Source: an uncultured Methylococcaceae bacterium (GTDB taxonomy: Bacteria > Pseudomonadota > Gammaproteobacteria > Methylococcales > UBA1147). From it: a stretch of 64,000 nt of DNA. Positions 1 through 10,472 of this stretch are shown in pieces. Made by a program: the position numbers and the translations under genes. The notes below the pieces were generated by a model. It made no database searches and was not told the origin of the DNA. It worked only from the letters and a program-made list of their open reading frames with translations. The DNA lies in assembly GCA_964619885.1 (NCBI GenBank), contig CAZUGA010000017.1, positions 19,714 to 83,713 on the forward strand, given 5' to 3'. The first letter of the stretch is position 1. Each line of letters begins with the position of its first letter.

Positions 1-125
1 ACAGATTCTAAGCAAGTCGTTGTTAACAATTGGGCCAAACCAGCCGTTTGAATCGATAAGTTTAGGTCTAAACCATTTTTGATCATATGGGCGATATTTG
101 GGCCCATCAAAAACGAAATCAAGGG

Positions 126-434
126 TTATGAAAACATTTTTTTGATTGAATCGGTCAGGTTATCCCAGTTATCGTCAAATGTTTTTTTCGCATCGTTCCA
201 TCCCTGTTCAGCGGTCGCCATCATTTCATCCCAAGAATCGTCGGCTGCTTCAGCCATTTCCTGGGCTTTGGCTTTGGCTTGTTCGATCTTCGGTTCTAAG
301 TCGTCTATGGCTTTGCGAATATCGTCGAGGGCTTCTTGAGTTTCATCCAGAGCCTTGCTCCTGAGTTGTTCAAGATTTGCCTGTTGTTCGTCGATAGTTT
401 CCTGAAATTTTTTCAAATATTCGTCTTTGGTCAT
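126..434 (-). CDS. hypothetical acidic coiled-coil protein (start refined to MTKDEY; RBS GGAGGA upstream)
   Basis: The ORF is on the six-frame track. An internal ATG preceded by GGAGGA is the likely start. Composition is coiled-coil rich; no family recognised. Confidence 0.5.
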   Translation of the reverse strand: MTKDEYLKKFQETIDEQQANLEQLRSKALDETQEALDDIRKAIDDLEPKIEQAKAKAQEMAEAADDSWDEMMATAEQGWNDAKKTFDDNWDNLTDSIKKMFS

Positions 435-615
435 GCCGATTCCTCCTACATGTTGTGGAATGCTGTATACATGATATGTTGGCAATATAAGAATTATCAA
501 CCGTTATGATTAATAAAGAATAATTCTTTTCAGGGATAGTTAAGAGATAAATTTTGCGACTATGCCTGGAACAGAGTTTTGGGTGCCGCGTGTCAGCTCA
601 ACTTATCGAGAATTC

Positions 616-879
616 TTAGGTATCCTTTCGAATATCGATATCCACATCAATTTTTAATGTTCCATCTTCTTGCAAGATTCCGACACTTTTTCCATTCCCT
701 TCTATGACAATCGGAACGGGATCCTGAAACAGTGGTTGCCGTACGAATCGCAGAGACCATCCAAAGGATTCAAGCTGGCGTAACGCCAACAGTTGTTCCA
801 GAGAAAGTTTTGATTCCAGGTCCTTAGGAGTGGATTGAGTTGATATGCGTTTGTTTTCACTAATTTGAGGAGGTGCCAT
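616..879 (-). CDS. hypothetical protein
   Basis: 87-aa ORF with a plausible coding look. No recognisable domain. Confidence 0.35.
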   Translation of the reverse strand: MAPPQISENKRISTQSTPKDLESKLSLEQLLALRQLESFGWSLRFVRQPLFQDPVPIVIEGNGKSVGILQEDGTLKIDVDIDIRKDT

Positions 880-1036
880 GGGATCACGTATGTCGAACAG
901 AAGTCTCGTTATTGTCGGTAGATTGGCGGATTTCTTTAGTGTTCCCTGTACCTGTTAATTTTGTATTACTTGTTTTTTAGATCGTTCGATCTGTCAATAC
1001 GCTGATTTTGTGGAATTCGTTTCTATGGTGGTGCCG

Positions 1037-2677
1037 TTAACCGCTTGCGCGCCTCTCGATTTTGGCGCTGTTATTGCTGTCGTAAGCCTGGTATTGCGCC
1101 AGCCACGACGGAATTTGTCTGGCGGGTAACGGAATCCCAATATTGAATCCTTGCGCAAAGTCACAATTCAGCTTTTTTAGGATATTTAAAATTCCTGAAC
1201 TTTCAACGCCTTCGGCGACGACTTTTTTCCCCATATTATGCGCAAGATCGATTGTGGAGTGTACGATGAGCGCGTCGTTTTCGTCTTCCGACAGATCCAA
1301 GATAAATGAGCGATCTATTTTTAACACGCTGATCGGCATATTTTTCAACCTATAGAGAGAGGAATAGCCAGTACCAAAATCGTCTATCGCTAATTGGACG
1401 CCCAACTTATCCAGCTGTACTAGCGACCCCTCCACTTGTTGCAGGTCAGTCATTACACTGCTTTCAGTAATTTCTAACATAAGTTTTTCGGGCGCAATCC
1501 CACATTCTTCGAGAAGATCTTGGACTATTATGGCGATCCCGGTGTTTTGTAGATCTTTGACTGACAGGTTAACCGCCATAATGCAATCGATGCCCTGGCG
1601 TTGCCATAGCGCTAGTTGTGAAATTGCTGTTCTGAGTCCCCAATGTGTCAATTTCTGAATCAAGCCCGTACTTTCGGCTAATGGGATAAAATCGGTCGTA
1701 GGGATAAATTCGCCATTTTTAAGACGCCAACGGGAAAGTGCCTCCAGCCCACGTAAACGGTTGCTTTGAATGTCGACTACGGGTTGGTAATACATTTCCA
1801 ACCCGCTATTATTAATGGTCTCTTTGAGTTTATTGCTTTGCTTCAAACGGCTCAGGGAATATTGGTCTTGGTTTCTACTATAAATGGTGTAATCTAAGCC
1901 TTTCCGTTTGGCCATATACATGGCGACATCCGCGTGACGCAATAGCGTGTCTTGATTTTCGCCGTGTTGGGGATACATACAGATTCCCAGACTCAGTCCA
2001 ATCGTCAGCGTATTCTGCTCGACTTCGAAGGGTGGCTCCATGACTTCAAGTATGCGCCTCGCAACGGTAACAGCGGTGTCTGGGGAAGTATCCGGCAATA
2101 GAACCGCAAATTCATCGCCGCCAAGCCGCGCTACCGTATCGCAATCACGAATCGAATTGTGTAGCCGTGGGGTGATTTGCTGCAAAAGCTGATCCCCCAC
2201 GTGGTGTCCCAAAGTGTCGTTAACTTCTTTGAATCGGTCCAAGTCCATAAGCAGCACGGCCCCGATCAAATTATTTTCTTTTGCTGCTTTCAGAGCCTCG
2301 CCAATTCGATCACGCAAAAACTTTCGATTGGCTAGACCGGTTAAGTCGTCGTGTAGCGCGTGGTGCCGCGCCAATGCCGCGAGGCGTTCGGTGTACTCAA
2401 TACTTCGACTACACAATTTGATGACTAATATGACGAATCCGCTTCCAAAAACCAATACCAGCGATACAACCAATTCTATATAGGAAATCGGATGGTTGAG
2501 AATATGCCAGGCGAATAAACTGTACCCGATACAAAAGAAAATGATCAGAGAGAATAATATGATCCAGCCGGAATCGTGTCCAGGCTGCTTGCAAATTGCT
2601 AAGGATGGTTTCAACGAATACAGGAGTACAGTGATTCCCAAAATGACCAGTGCGAAACAAGCCAGTTTAAGCTCCAT
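1037..2677 (-). CDS. membrane-anchored diguanylate cyclase/phosphodiesterase (GGDEF-EAL)
   Basis: N-terminal TM helices, an RLGGDEFAVLL GGDEF motif and an EALSRW EAL motif in a 546-aa ORF. Confidence 0.85.
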   Translation of the reverse strand: MELKLACFALVILGITVLLYSLKPSLAICKQPGHDSGWIILFSLIIFFCIGYSLFAWHILNHPISYIELVVSLVLVFGSGFVILVIKLCSRSIEYTERLAALARHHALHDDLTGLANRKFLRDRIGEALKAAKENNLIGAVLLMDLDRFKEVNDTLGHHVGDQLLQQITPRLHNSIRDCDTVARLGGDEFAVLLPDTSPDTAVTVARRILEVMEPPFEVEQNTLTIGLSLGICMYPQHGENQDTLLRHADVAMYMAKRKGLDYTIYSRNQDQYSLSRLKQSNKLKETINNSGLEMYYQPVVDIQSNRLRGLEALSRWRLKNGEFIPTTDFIPLAESTGLIQKLTHWGLRTAISQLALWQRQGIDCIMAVNLSVKDLQNTGIAIIVQDLLEECGIAPEKLMLEITESSVMTDLQQVEGSLVQLDKLGVQLAIDDFGTGYSSLYRLKNMPISVLKIDRSFILDLSEDENDALIVHSTIDLAHNMGKKVVAEGVESSGILNILKKLNCDFAQGFNIGIPLPARQIPSWLAQYQAYDSNNSAKIERRASG

Positions 2678-2956
2678 TTTCTACATCCGATTGGAATGCC
2701 GGTCCAATGTATAGATTAACGAACGAATGCACGCGATTAATGCTCCTGTAGAATCAAACGCGAATATTGCATAATATTCCCATATTGTGTTTATCACAAT
2801 AGAGACCTTACAGCCGTCATTTTTATTACAAACCTTCGATTTTAGACAGTACAGAATGTTCTATCACATGGGGTCTGGCGATAAGTTTTTATGGATGATT
2901 AAACGGGTTAATCTTATATAGTTTCGCCGGTCTGTTTGGTATTGCTCAAATCAAGT

Positions 2957-5900
2957 TTATAGCAATTCTTCGGACGTGATATGACCATGGCTGAACTGGT
3001 GCAGGTAACCGCCGATTTGTGACCGGATAATATATAATGCGGGGACCACGAATAACGTAATCAGCGTTGCGAAGGCGACACCAAAAGCCAGACTAATTGC
3101 CATCGGGATTAGGAATTGGGCTTGCAGACTTTTTTCAGAAATGATCGGTGCCAGTCCGACGCAAGTGGTCAAAGTTGTGAAAAAGATGGGGCGAAAGCGT
3201 CTTTGGCCAGCTGCCAGCACAGCTGACCGTACTGACAAACCGTTTTTTCGAAGACGGTTGATCATATCCATCAGAATCAGTGAATCATTCACAACCACGC
3301 CAGATAACGCGACTAGACCGAACATCGAAAAAAAACTGATTGGGTAACCCAACACCCAGTGGCCAATCGCCGCACCTACAAATCCAAGCGGAATAACCGA
3401 CATAATGATTAAGGGCTGCGTATAGCTCCCCAGTTGGATAGCCAATACCGCAAAGATTGCAATTAGAGCGACAACTAGCGCTTTGGCCAGGCTTTTCAGA
3501 CTGTCCATGCGCTCTTTTTCTGCGCCTTCAAACGAAAAGTACAAACCCGGCATATCTCGCTGTAGTTTGGACAAGACATGATCGCGAAGAAACGCGTTTA
3601 TCTCGTTGGCATTTCCGGTTTCATCGTCGACTTTGGCGCTGATATTAACGACACGGCGTCGGTCGGCCCGGTTAATCGTCGCGTAGCCGCGTGATTCACT
3701 AACGCTGGCGACTGTGTGGAACGGAACTTCATCCCCGTTTGATAGGCGTATCCTCATGCGATACAGCGTTTCGAGGCTGCGCCTTTCAGATTCCGAGTAG
3801 CGGACTAGTACTCGTAGATCATCTCGACCACGCTGAACACGTTGTGCTTCGGCGCCATAAAAGGCTTGTCGTACTTGCCGAGCAAGATCATTTAAAGTTA
3901 ATCCTGCTGCGATACCGGTATCTTTCAGCGCCAAGCGCAATTCGGGTTTGCCAATTTCAAATGAATCGGTAATTTCGACGACTCCTGGTGAATCTCCCAT
4001 AGCGGTTTTTAGTCGATCCGCAGCGATCAATAGCTGATCAAAATCGGCGTGGGCGAGTTCCACATTAATGTCATCTCCAGCGGACAGTATATTGCTGTTA
4101 AAGGTAATTTCAGCGCCCGGGATATCGCCAACACGATTGCGCCAGTCTGATTCGATCGTAGAAGCCTTGAACGGTCGCAGTTCACCGCGCAATAGTTCAA
4201 TTTTTACTTCACCCAAATGGGTTCCTTTGGATGAATCACCTTGGGCCCCCGGTCCTCCCCGGCCAGAAAAAGGTGTGGAACCGACCGTGGCTGAAATATT
4301 TCGAATGATGGGCGGAGAATCGGGCGGCATTCGTTCGTCGTACTCGCGTCGGGTTTGCTCTGCTGCATCCAACATGTGTTTAATGATTACTTCAGTTTCA
4401 GATGTCGGAGTACCGCTGGGCATTCTGAGTTTCGCCGCAATGTTGTCGCCCTCGATGTGTGGGAAGTATATGGATTTCAAGTGCCCACCGGCGATGGAAC
4501 CCACCGCCAGCATCAGGATGCTCGCCGCGATAGCGACGACAACATAAGGCTGTTTCATCGTAAGCTTGAGGGCCGGTGTATAAAATCGATCTATACCACG
4601 GAGCAATAATGATCTAAATTTCTCCTGTACCCACGGCAATGCGCCTGTAGACTGAGTCATCCGAACGTTGGATAAATGCGCGGGTAGAATCAGGCTGGCT
4701 TCGATGAGTGACATCATTAATACGCTGATCACAACAATCGGGATAACCCACAATATCTTACCCAGAAAACCGCTGGTAAACAGCAACGGAACGAAAGCCA
4801 ATATTGTCGTTAAGATACCCACGCTGACTGGCGTGATTACGTCATGCAATCCTTCCACAGCAGCCGCTAGGGGCGTGCGGCCCTGTTCGCGCTTGGCATA
4901 AATATTTTCGCCTACGATTATCGCGTCGTCGACCACAATACCGAGTACCAGTATGAACGCGAACAATGTGATCATATTGATGGTTGCGCCGGCCATATGG
5001 ATCAACAAAAACGCGCCCAGAAAAGAGATTGGAATTCCCATGGTGGTCCAAAATGCCAACCGCAGGTTTAAAAATAAAACCAATACACCGAACACCAGAA
5101 CCAAACCCATCAAACCGTTACGTACTAGAAGGTCGATGCGATCGCGCAGGTTTTCCGCTCGATTAGACCAAATCGTGCTTTGTATACCTTGCGGTAATGG
5201 TAGGTTCTTGACATATTCCTTAACCGTTTCTTCGATCTCCAGGACTTGTTGATTTCCCACCCTCGATACGCTGATAAAGGCTGCCGGTTGGCCGTTGAAT
5301 AAGTTGGTTTGATCTATGTCTTCAAATCCGTCAACCGCCTGCCCGATGTCACCCAACCTGAGGATGGTTCCGTCGGTATTGGTTCGCAGAATAATCGATT
5401 CAAAGTCTTCACTGTTGTAAGCTTGGCCATCTGCACGCAGCAGAATTTCCTGATTTTTGCTATGGATTGTGCCGCCGGATAATTTCACCGAAAAATTACG
5501 CACCGCTGCCGCGACATCCTCAAAACGTATTCGATGTTCTCGCAGTGCGTGTTCGCTGACTTCCACGCCAATTTCGTAGTCGCGTATGCCTCGTACATTG
5601 GCAATCGAGATCCCATCGAGTGCGGTAATTTCATCGCGGATTCGGTAGGCCAATTCGTGCAAGCTTCGCTCGCTGGCTTGGCCATATATGGCGATAGTAA
5701 TGACGGAACTGATGGTCGAAGTGTCTTTGATTTCCGGTGCATCTGCATCTTCCGGCGGGAAATTTTGGATTTGTTCGACCGCTGACTTGATATCATCCAG
5801 AACCGTTCGGTCGTTGGCGTCATCTTCTAATTCTGCTGTAACGGTGCCGGCACCTTCAGCTGCGACCGATCTTATTTTTTCTATGCCCTCGATACCGGTG

Positions 5901-6142
5901 ATCGCTTCCTCGATACGCCGGTTGATAATTTCTTCGACTTCGTCCGGATTAGAACCTGGGTAGGGGACATTGATGGTAATTGTGCGAGGATCAACTTCCG
6001 GGAAGATTTCCACAGTAGTTGATAACATCGTTATGATGCCGCTTAACAGTAAAAACACCATCAGAAGGTTCGATGCGATATGGTTGTGGGCGAACCAAGC
6101 CAATATTCCCTTGTGTTCAGTCGCTATGCGTGTTTCTTTCAT
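2957..6142 (-). CDS. RND family efflux transporter permease (AcrB/CzcA-like)
   Basis: 1061 aa with 12-TM RND topology and large periplasmic loops. The 4-bp overlap with the upstream MFP gene is typical of an operon. Confidence 0.9.
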   Translation of the reverse strand: MKETRIATEHKGILAWFAHNHIASNLLMVFLLLSGIITMLSTTVEIFPEVDPRTITINVPYPGSNPDEVEEIINRRIEEAITGIEGIEKIRSVAAEGAGTVTAELEDDANDRTVLDDIKSAVEQIQNFPPEDADAPEIKDTSTISSVITIAIYGQASERSLHELAYRIRDEITALDGISIANVRGIRDYEIGVEVSEHALREHRIRFEDVAAAVRNFSVKLSGGTIHSKNQEILLRADGQAYNSEDFESIILRTNTDGTILRLGDIGQAVDGFEDIDQTNLFNGQPAAFISVSRVGNQQVLEIEETVKEYVKNLPLPQGIQSTIWSNRAENLRDRIDLLVRNGLMGLVLVFGVLVLFLNLRLAFWTTMGIPISFLGAFLLIHMAGATINMITLFAFILVLGIVVDDAIIVGENIYAKREQGRTPLAAAVEGLHDVITPVSVGILTTILAFVPLLFTSGFLGKILWVIPIVVISVLMMSLIEASLILPAHLSNVRMTQSTGALPWVQEKFRSLLLRGIDRFYTPALKLTMKQPYVVVAIAASILMLAVGSIAGGHLKSIYFPHIEGDNIAAKLRMPSGTPTSETEVIIKHMLDAAEQTRREYDERMPPDSPPIIRNISATVGSTPFSGRGGPGAQGDSSKGTHLGEVKIELLRGELRPFKASTIESDWRNRVGDIPGAEITFNSNILSAGDDINVELAHADFDQLLIAADRLKTAMGDSPGVVEITDSFEIGKPELRLALKDTGIAAGLTLNDLARQVRQAFYGAEAQRVQRGRDDLRVLVRYSESERRSLETLYRMRIRLSNGDEVPFHTVASVSESRGYATINRADRRRVVNISAKVDDETGNANEINAFLRDHVLSKLQRDMPGLYFSFEGAEKERMDSLKSLAKALVVALIAIFAVLAIQLGSYTQPLIIMSVIPLGFVGAAIGHWVLGYPISFFSMFGLVALSGVVVNDSLILMDMINRLRKNGLSVRSAVLAAGQRRFRPIFFTTLTTCVGLAPIISEKSLQAQFLIPMAISLAFGVAFATLITLFVVPALYIIRSQIGGYLHQFSHGHITSEELL

Positions 6143-7320
6143 AGCGGGTTATTTTGCGTTCGGATTTGCATTCCATCGGTGACGACTTCGAGCTGACTGG
6201 TGATGACTGTTGTGCCGCTATTAAGGCCTTTGATATATAATTCGCTATCGGACTGATAAACGATATCCGGTTTTATAAAGCGTAACCGTCCATCTTCCGC
6301 GATCCACAATGTGTTATCACCGCGCAATGTAGATTTTGGTATTACGGTAATGTCTGATAATTGTTTGGCCTTGATCTCCACATCGACGAACAAGCCCGGT
6401 ATGACCTTATTTTTCAGCGGGGCAGGGATATCTTCTGATTCCAGCTTGATAACCACGCGAACCATACGCGATAAACTGTCGATTTCGCTTTCAATTCGAT
6501 CGACTTTTCCCGGAAGCCGGTATGTTGTTCCCGCCATTGAAATCTTAATGATGACCTCGCTACCGTCGGTTTTATTATTGTGGCCAGGTGTTTGAATCAA
6601 CGCCAAATCATCCAATTCAAGTGGGATCGGAATTTCTAATATTTCGTCACTGAAAACAACCCCGACGGGTTGATTTGCGACCATAACTTCGCCGACGTCA
6701 ACCGAGCTTTGAACGACCCGTCCGGCAAACGGCATGCGGATTCTGGTGCGCTTTAAATCGAGGGACGCTTGTTGCAGTTTGGCTTCCGCGGCTTTGATAT
6801 TGGCGCGGGCTTCAGCGATCTGGGGTTGCCGTGCAACAATAGGTGGAATTTTCTCCTTCGGATGAAGGGTAAACCATTCCTGTTGGGATACGGTAGCCTG
6901 CGCGGTTTCTACCTCAAATTTCTTCTTGGCTGCAGCAACTTCGGCTTTATTGCGCGTGACAGCCAATTCGTAGTCGATGCGCTCAATTTCCAGCAATACC
7001 TCGTCGGCCTTAAATCGACCGCCGGCGCGCAGCTCCGGGTGAGCCCGCACGACGCGGCCGCCGACTTGAGGAATGATATTAACCCGGACCCGAGGTACAA
7101 GGGTGCCGTTACCTTGGATAAGCAGCGTTCTATCTTCAATTTTGCTGGATAAAGTTTTGACTAGCGGTGCATATATTTTGCGCTCGGTCGCTTTGGGTTC
7201 TTCATTAAACATGGATAAACCCATTGCGCCGAAAAAACCGAATAGCAGGATCATGACGACCAACAAGGGTTGGATGACCCATCGATAACTTGCTCTAAGC
7301 TTGGAAGATCTATTGCTCAT
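6139..7320 (-). CDS. efflux RND transporter periplasmic adaptor subunit (membrane fusion protein)
   Basis: N-terminal TM/signal anchor plus HlyD-like coiled-coil and beta-barrel segments. Immediately upstream of the RND pump. Confidence 0.85.
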   Translation of the reverse strand: MSNRSSKLRASYRWVIQPLLVVMILLFGFFGAMGLSMFNEEPKATERKIYAPLVKTLSSKIEDRTLLIQGNGTLVPRVRVNIIPQVGGRVVRAHPELRAGGRFKADEVLLEIERIDYELAVTRNKAEVAAAKKKFEVETAQATVSQQEWFTLHPKEKIPPIVARQPQIAEARANIKAAEAKLQQASLDLKRTRIRMPFAGRVVQSSVDVGEVMVANQPVGVVFSDEILEIPIPLELDDLALIQTPGHNNKTDGSEVIIKISMAGTTYRLPGKVDRIESEIDSLSRMVRVVIKLESEDIPAPLKNKVIPGLFVDVEIKAKQLSDITVIPKSTLRGDNTLWIAEDGRLRFIKPDIVYQSDSELYIKGLNSGTTVITSQLEVVTDGMQIRTQNNPL

Positions 7321-7429
7321 GTAGAAACCTTGGAAGGATCAGGGATAGCCGTTTTAGGCAGAGTACGCCTCGGGATCGAGGTTAATAATTTTCGCACCGT
7401 ATTAGCGATCACTGTTTTAGGCATAGTTA

Positions 7430-8059
7430 TCATTTTGAACTGTCAATATCTTGATCCTCGGCACGAAGTCCAGCCAGGCTGACCATTGCAATATGTTGGG
7501 CCAATGTTTCGACCTTCTGTTCGTTTAGCTCTATATCCGGGTACAACCGTGTGATTATAGGTTTGCCAAGCCGATACAGATTGCATTGGCCAATGATGCT
7601 GAAACAATGCCGCCGGATCATATCTTCGGTTGCGTTTTCTGGTAACAACGCGGATACGATGCAGCGAAGCTTCATATGCGTTGGGCGGATCAATTTTTCG
7701 ACCACCTTGTCCAGCACCGGGCTGGGTTGAAGCATTTCCTGCATGTGGATCTGATCCATCAGGGATTCGCGGTCGAAGCCCAGGCTTAAATGTAAAAACC
7801 AATAGACAAACGCACGAAGTTGTTCTTTCGGGTCCTTGGACACGGTCGAAAAATTTGGTTGCTGATCGCGGGTTTGCTCCAGTCCATAGACAACCACCTC
7901 GGCGTAGAAATTGGCTTTGTCGCGAAAATGATAGTTGATCGCCGCTATGTTAGTACCGGCGCGATCAACGATTTCCTGGATGGTTGCCGCACGGTAACCT
8001 TGTTCGGCAAACACATCCAATGCGGTTTTCAATAATTTTTCTCGTGTGTCCTTGGCCAT
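7430..8059 (-). CDS. TetR/AcrR family transcriptional regulator
   Basis: N-terminal TetR HTH (LLKTALDVFAEQGYRAATIQEIVDRAGTNIAAINYHF). First gene of the efflux operon. Confidence 0.85.
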   Translation of the reverse strand: MAKDTREKLLKTALDVFAEQGYRAATIQEIVDRAGTNIAAINYHFRDKANFYAEVVVYGLEQTRDQQPNFSTVSKDPKEQLRAFVYWFLHLSLGFDRESLMDQIHMQEMLQPSPVLDKVVEKLIRPTHMKLRCIVSALLPENATEDMIRRHCFSIIGQCNLYRLGKPIITRLYPDIELNEQKVETLAQHIAMVSLAGLRAEDQDIDSSK

Positions 8060-8126
8060 TCGCGTATTTTAATATTCAAAAATAAATTTCAAATAGTATT
8101 TTGAAAAATGCAATTGATTTTTTTTG

Positions 8127-8141
8127 AGACATTTGATGTCT
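8127..8141. promoter_or_regulatory. perfect palindrome AGACAT-TTG-ATGTCT upstream of tetR-RND operon (candidate TetR operator)
   Basis: A 6-3-6 inverted repeat seen directly, ~70 bp upstream of the tetR start. Confidence 0.25.
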
Positions 8142-8845
8142 TATATAGTTCGCGGTGAGGCGATATTAATAGAGGGCACGGCAGAAAACATTCTGATGGG
8201 CGTTAATTAATGCCGTTGTTTTTCATTCGCCAGAAAGATTATGCAAAGATAGCGAATTATAGAAATAACTCTAATACCAATGATCAATGATTTACTTGTT
8301 ACGATGGTGGCGTCGCTTAGGGATCTAAAACGTTATCGAATTGAAGGATCCAACCCGCTTCTTCGGCGACCAACTTATAATGTTTTTCACGCATGCCCCG
8401 GCAGGATTCGCATTGGTATCGCCACGCTTATAGATTGGATACCGACGACTCATTCGATTCGCAACTACAGCGAAACGATCATATCCCATGTAGGATTCAT
8501 CCAACTTGGCATTGCCTGAAACAGCAGCGAAAATAGATCGGGCTCATTGATTTTCGGTTGTTGACCGCTTGGCCGACAAGAGAACCGTAGGCGCCGCTTC
8601 CCGCCGACGGGATGCATCATAGATCTCAGGCGATCCATTATTATCCAAACCGGCAACCTCAACGCCGGTCACAATGCCGTCGGCTTGTAAAGTAATCGGG
8701 CTGTTATCTATTTCTAGCCCGGATACCTTAATATTAAGCGGATTCAATGAGCTATTGTTCGGGCAGAATACGGTGAAACTAATCCCCTGAAATTCGAGGA
8801 AATCCCCACATTCAAAAATTTTCGGTTAGGGATCCGCAATAACCA

Positions 8846-9661
8846 CTATCCAACAATACTTAGTGTGTCGCCACAACGGATAGTCCCGCTCTGCACAACC
8901 TCCGCGTAAACGCCAACATGCGCATTATTATGTTGCGCCGCAGTTCTGAGTATTTTTGTATCTCGCGGTAGGTCCCCCTGCGATAGCGTGGTCATCACGC
9001 AACGTGGGCAAGGGCCGGTTATTTTCAATACAACCTCGTCGCCGAACGCGAGTGTGTTACCGATCCACTCATTCTCTACAAACCCATTTTCTTGTGCGTT
9101 GACGATCATATTCGGACGGAATCTGCGTGCTTCGAATCGTCCCTCCGGGTACAGCTGGTTTAATTGAGCTAAGGTCGAAGTTGTTAGGATGTGGATAATA
9201 GCCAGGTCGAAAAAGGTCCCGGCGGGCATATCTTCGTCGGTAACGACGTCTTTGTTATCCAGTTCTTCTATATCCGGCCAATATTCTTCCAGTTGTGGTT
9301 TAGATGGGACTTGGCTAATCAGTTTGACTTCCCGGCCTAGCGCCTTCGATAATTTTGCGTTGACATTAGCATCGTCACTGGACACTGTAGAACCATCCGC
9401 TGTGGTAATTCGAACCGGCGTGGAATCAAGGCTCATGCCCGGAGATTGCTGGAATCGTGCGTGGAAAGAAAACATATTGGGCCATCGTTTCGGGTTTTTT
9501 GCGCTGGCGACTTTGCCTGTTTCAACGTCGATTAATGCGAAAGACCGGTCCCCAAAAATACCTTTGTCTGTAACGCTTGTAGAACGTAATTCTTCACCCA
9601 TCATCGACTTCACCGGATAGCGCCACAAAGAAGCTATCTCTCCCGTGCTATTTGATGCCAT
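8846..9661 (-). CDS. MOSC domain-containing protein (YcbX-like)
   Basis: MOSC N-terminal beta-barrel plus MOSC domain, with a conserved Cys near the C-terminus. Start taken at MASNST; the ORF could extend to 9733. Confidence 0.75.
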   Translation of the reverse strand: MASNSTGEIASLWRYPVKSMMGEELRSTSVTDKGIFGDRSFALIDVETGKVASAKNPKRWPNMFSFHARFQQSPGMSLDSTPVRITTADGSTVSSDDANVNAKLSKALGREVKLISQVPSKPQLEEYWPDIEELDNKDVVTDEDMPAGTFFDLAIIHILTTSTLAQLNQLYPEGRFEARRFRPNMIVNAQENGFVENEWIGNTLAFGDEVVLKITGPCPRCVMTTLSQGDLPRDTKILRTAAQHNNAHVGVYAEVVQSGTIRCGDTLSIVG

Positions 9662-9876
9662 TTTTTTGCCCCCAGATAAAATGTTATTGGAATAATTTTT
9701 AAACAGTATATCCGTGTTGCAGACCATGGGCAAAGTCAGTATTGGAAATGTATCGCCTGTTCAAACGGCACATGAAAAGCTAATTTGGACACGTGATAAT
9801 TTTGGATAAAATACAAAAATGCGGGCCATTCTTTAATTATCCAGAAATCAACGCAAGTTGGAAAACAGTCCATTGA

Positions 9877-10239
9877 TTAACAACGGTTCCAGTAAGCGAT
9901 AAGACCAGATATTCCGGCTAGCGTAATTACCACGATTCCACACACAATTTTCTTATTCACTACTAGCTTTACCGGTGTAGTCTCTGCCCGTACCAAGCTC
10001 TCCTGCCACACCGATTTTGGGATCATCCTTGCTACAACCCATTGTCCCATAGATACGATCAATAAATCATCCAGTTGACCGATGATCGGAATAAAATCCG
10101 GGACTAAATCTATAGGGCTGGCGGCGTAAGCGACGACCAATCCGATAATGGTTTTTGCGGCGAGCGGCGTTTGCCGGTGTTGGCTGGCCAGGTATAGGGC
10201 CAGTAGATGGTGTTTGGTCTTTACAAAGTAGCTTTTCAA
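9877..10239 (-). CDS. DUF1232 (YkvA-like) membrane protein
   Basis: The PIDLVPDFIPIIGQLDDL motif is characteristic of DUF1232. Confidence 0.6.
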   Translation of the reverse strand: MKSYFVKTKHHLLALYLASQHRQTPLAAKTIIGLVVAYAASPIDLVPDFIPIIGQLDDLLIVSMGQWVVARMIPKSVWQESLVRAETTPVKLVVNKKIVCGIVVITLAGISGLIAYWNRC

Positions 10240-10472
10240 ACGATACTTACGCTGGTTTTTAACATTTGCAATACAATAAACTGGTTCCTACAGCACAACA
10301 ACAAATCATCGGATTAAGGGCGCACCAACTGGGGAGGCTAGGCCACCTCAAATTGCACCTTTGAAATATCTTTGGGTCTGACATAACGTATAGCTAGCTG
10401 CAACACGTCGATGTGGGGTAGGCTATTGCAAATACGCAATAATTTAAATCGAATGTTTGGGGTAGACAATCA

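Noticed and set aside
3141-5963. Multiple 60-160-aa ORFs on the + strand inside the RND pump gene (e.g. 4068-4547, 4953-5252, 5688-5963)
   Set aside because: These are antisense frames of a long, well-supported CDS with no RBSs and biased composition. Similar antisense ORFs inside copA, the DGR targets, priA, argS and the GGDEF-EAL genes were rejected for the same reason.
10240-10472. Expected MerR/CueR-type long-spacer promoter upstream of copA
   Set aside because: No convincing 19-20-bp-spacer promoter with a flanking dyad could be identified by eye, and no cueR gene is adjacent.
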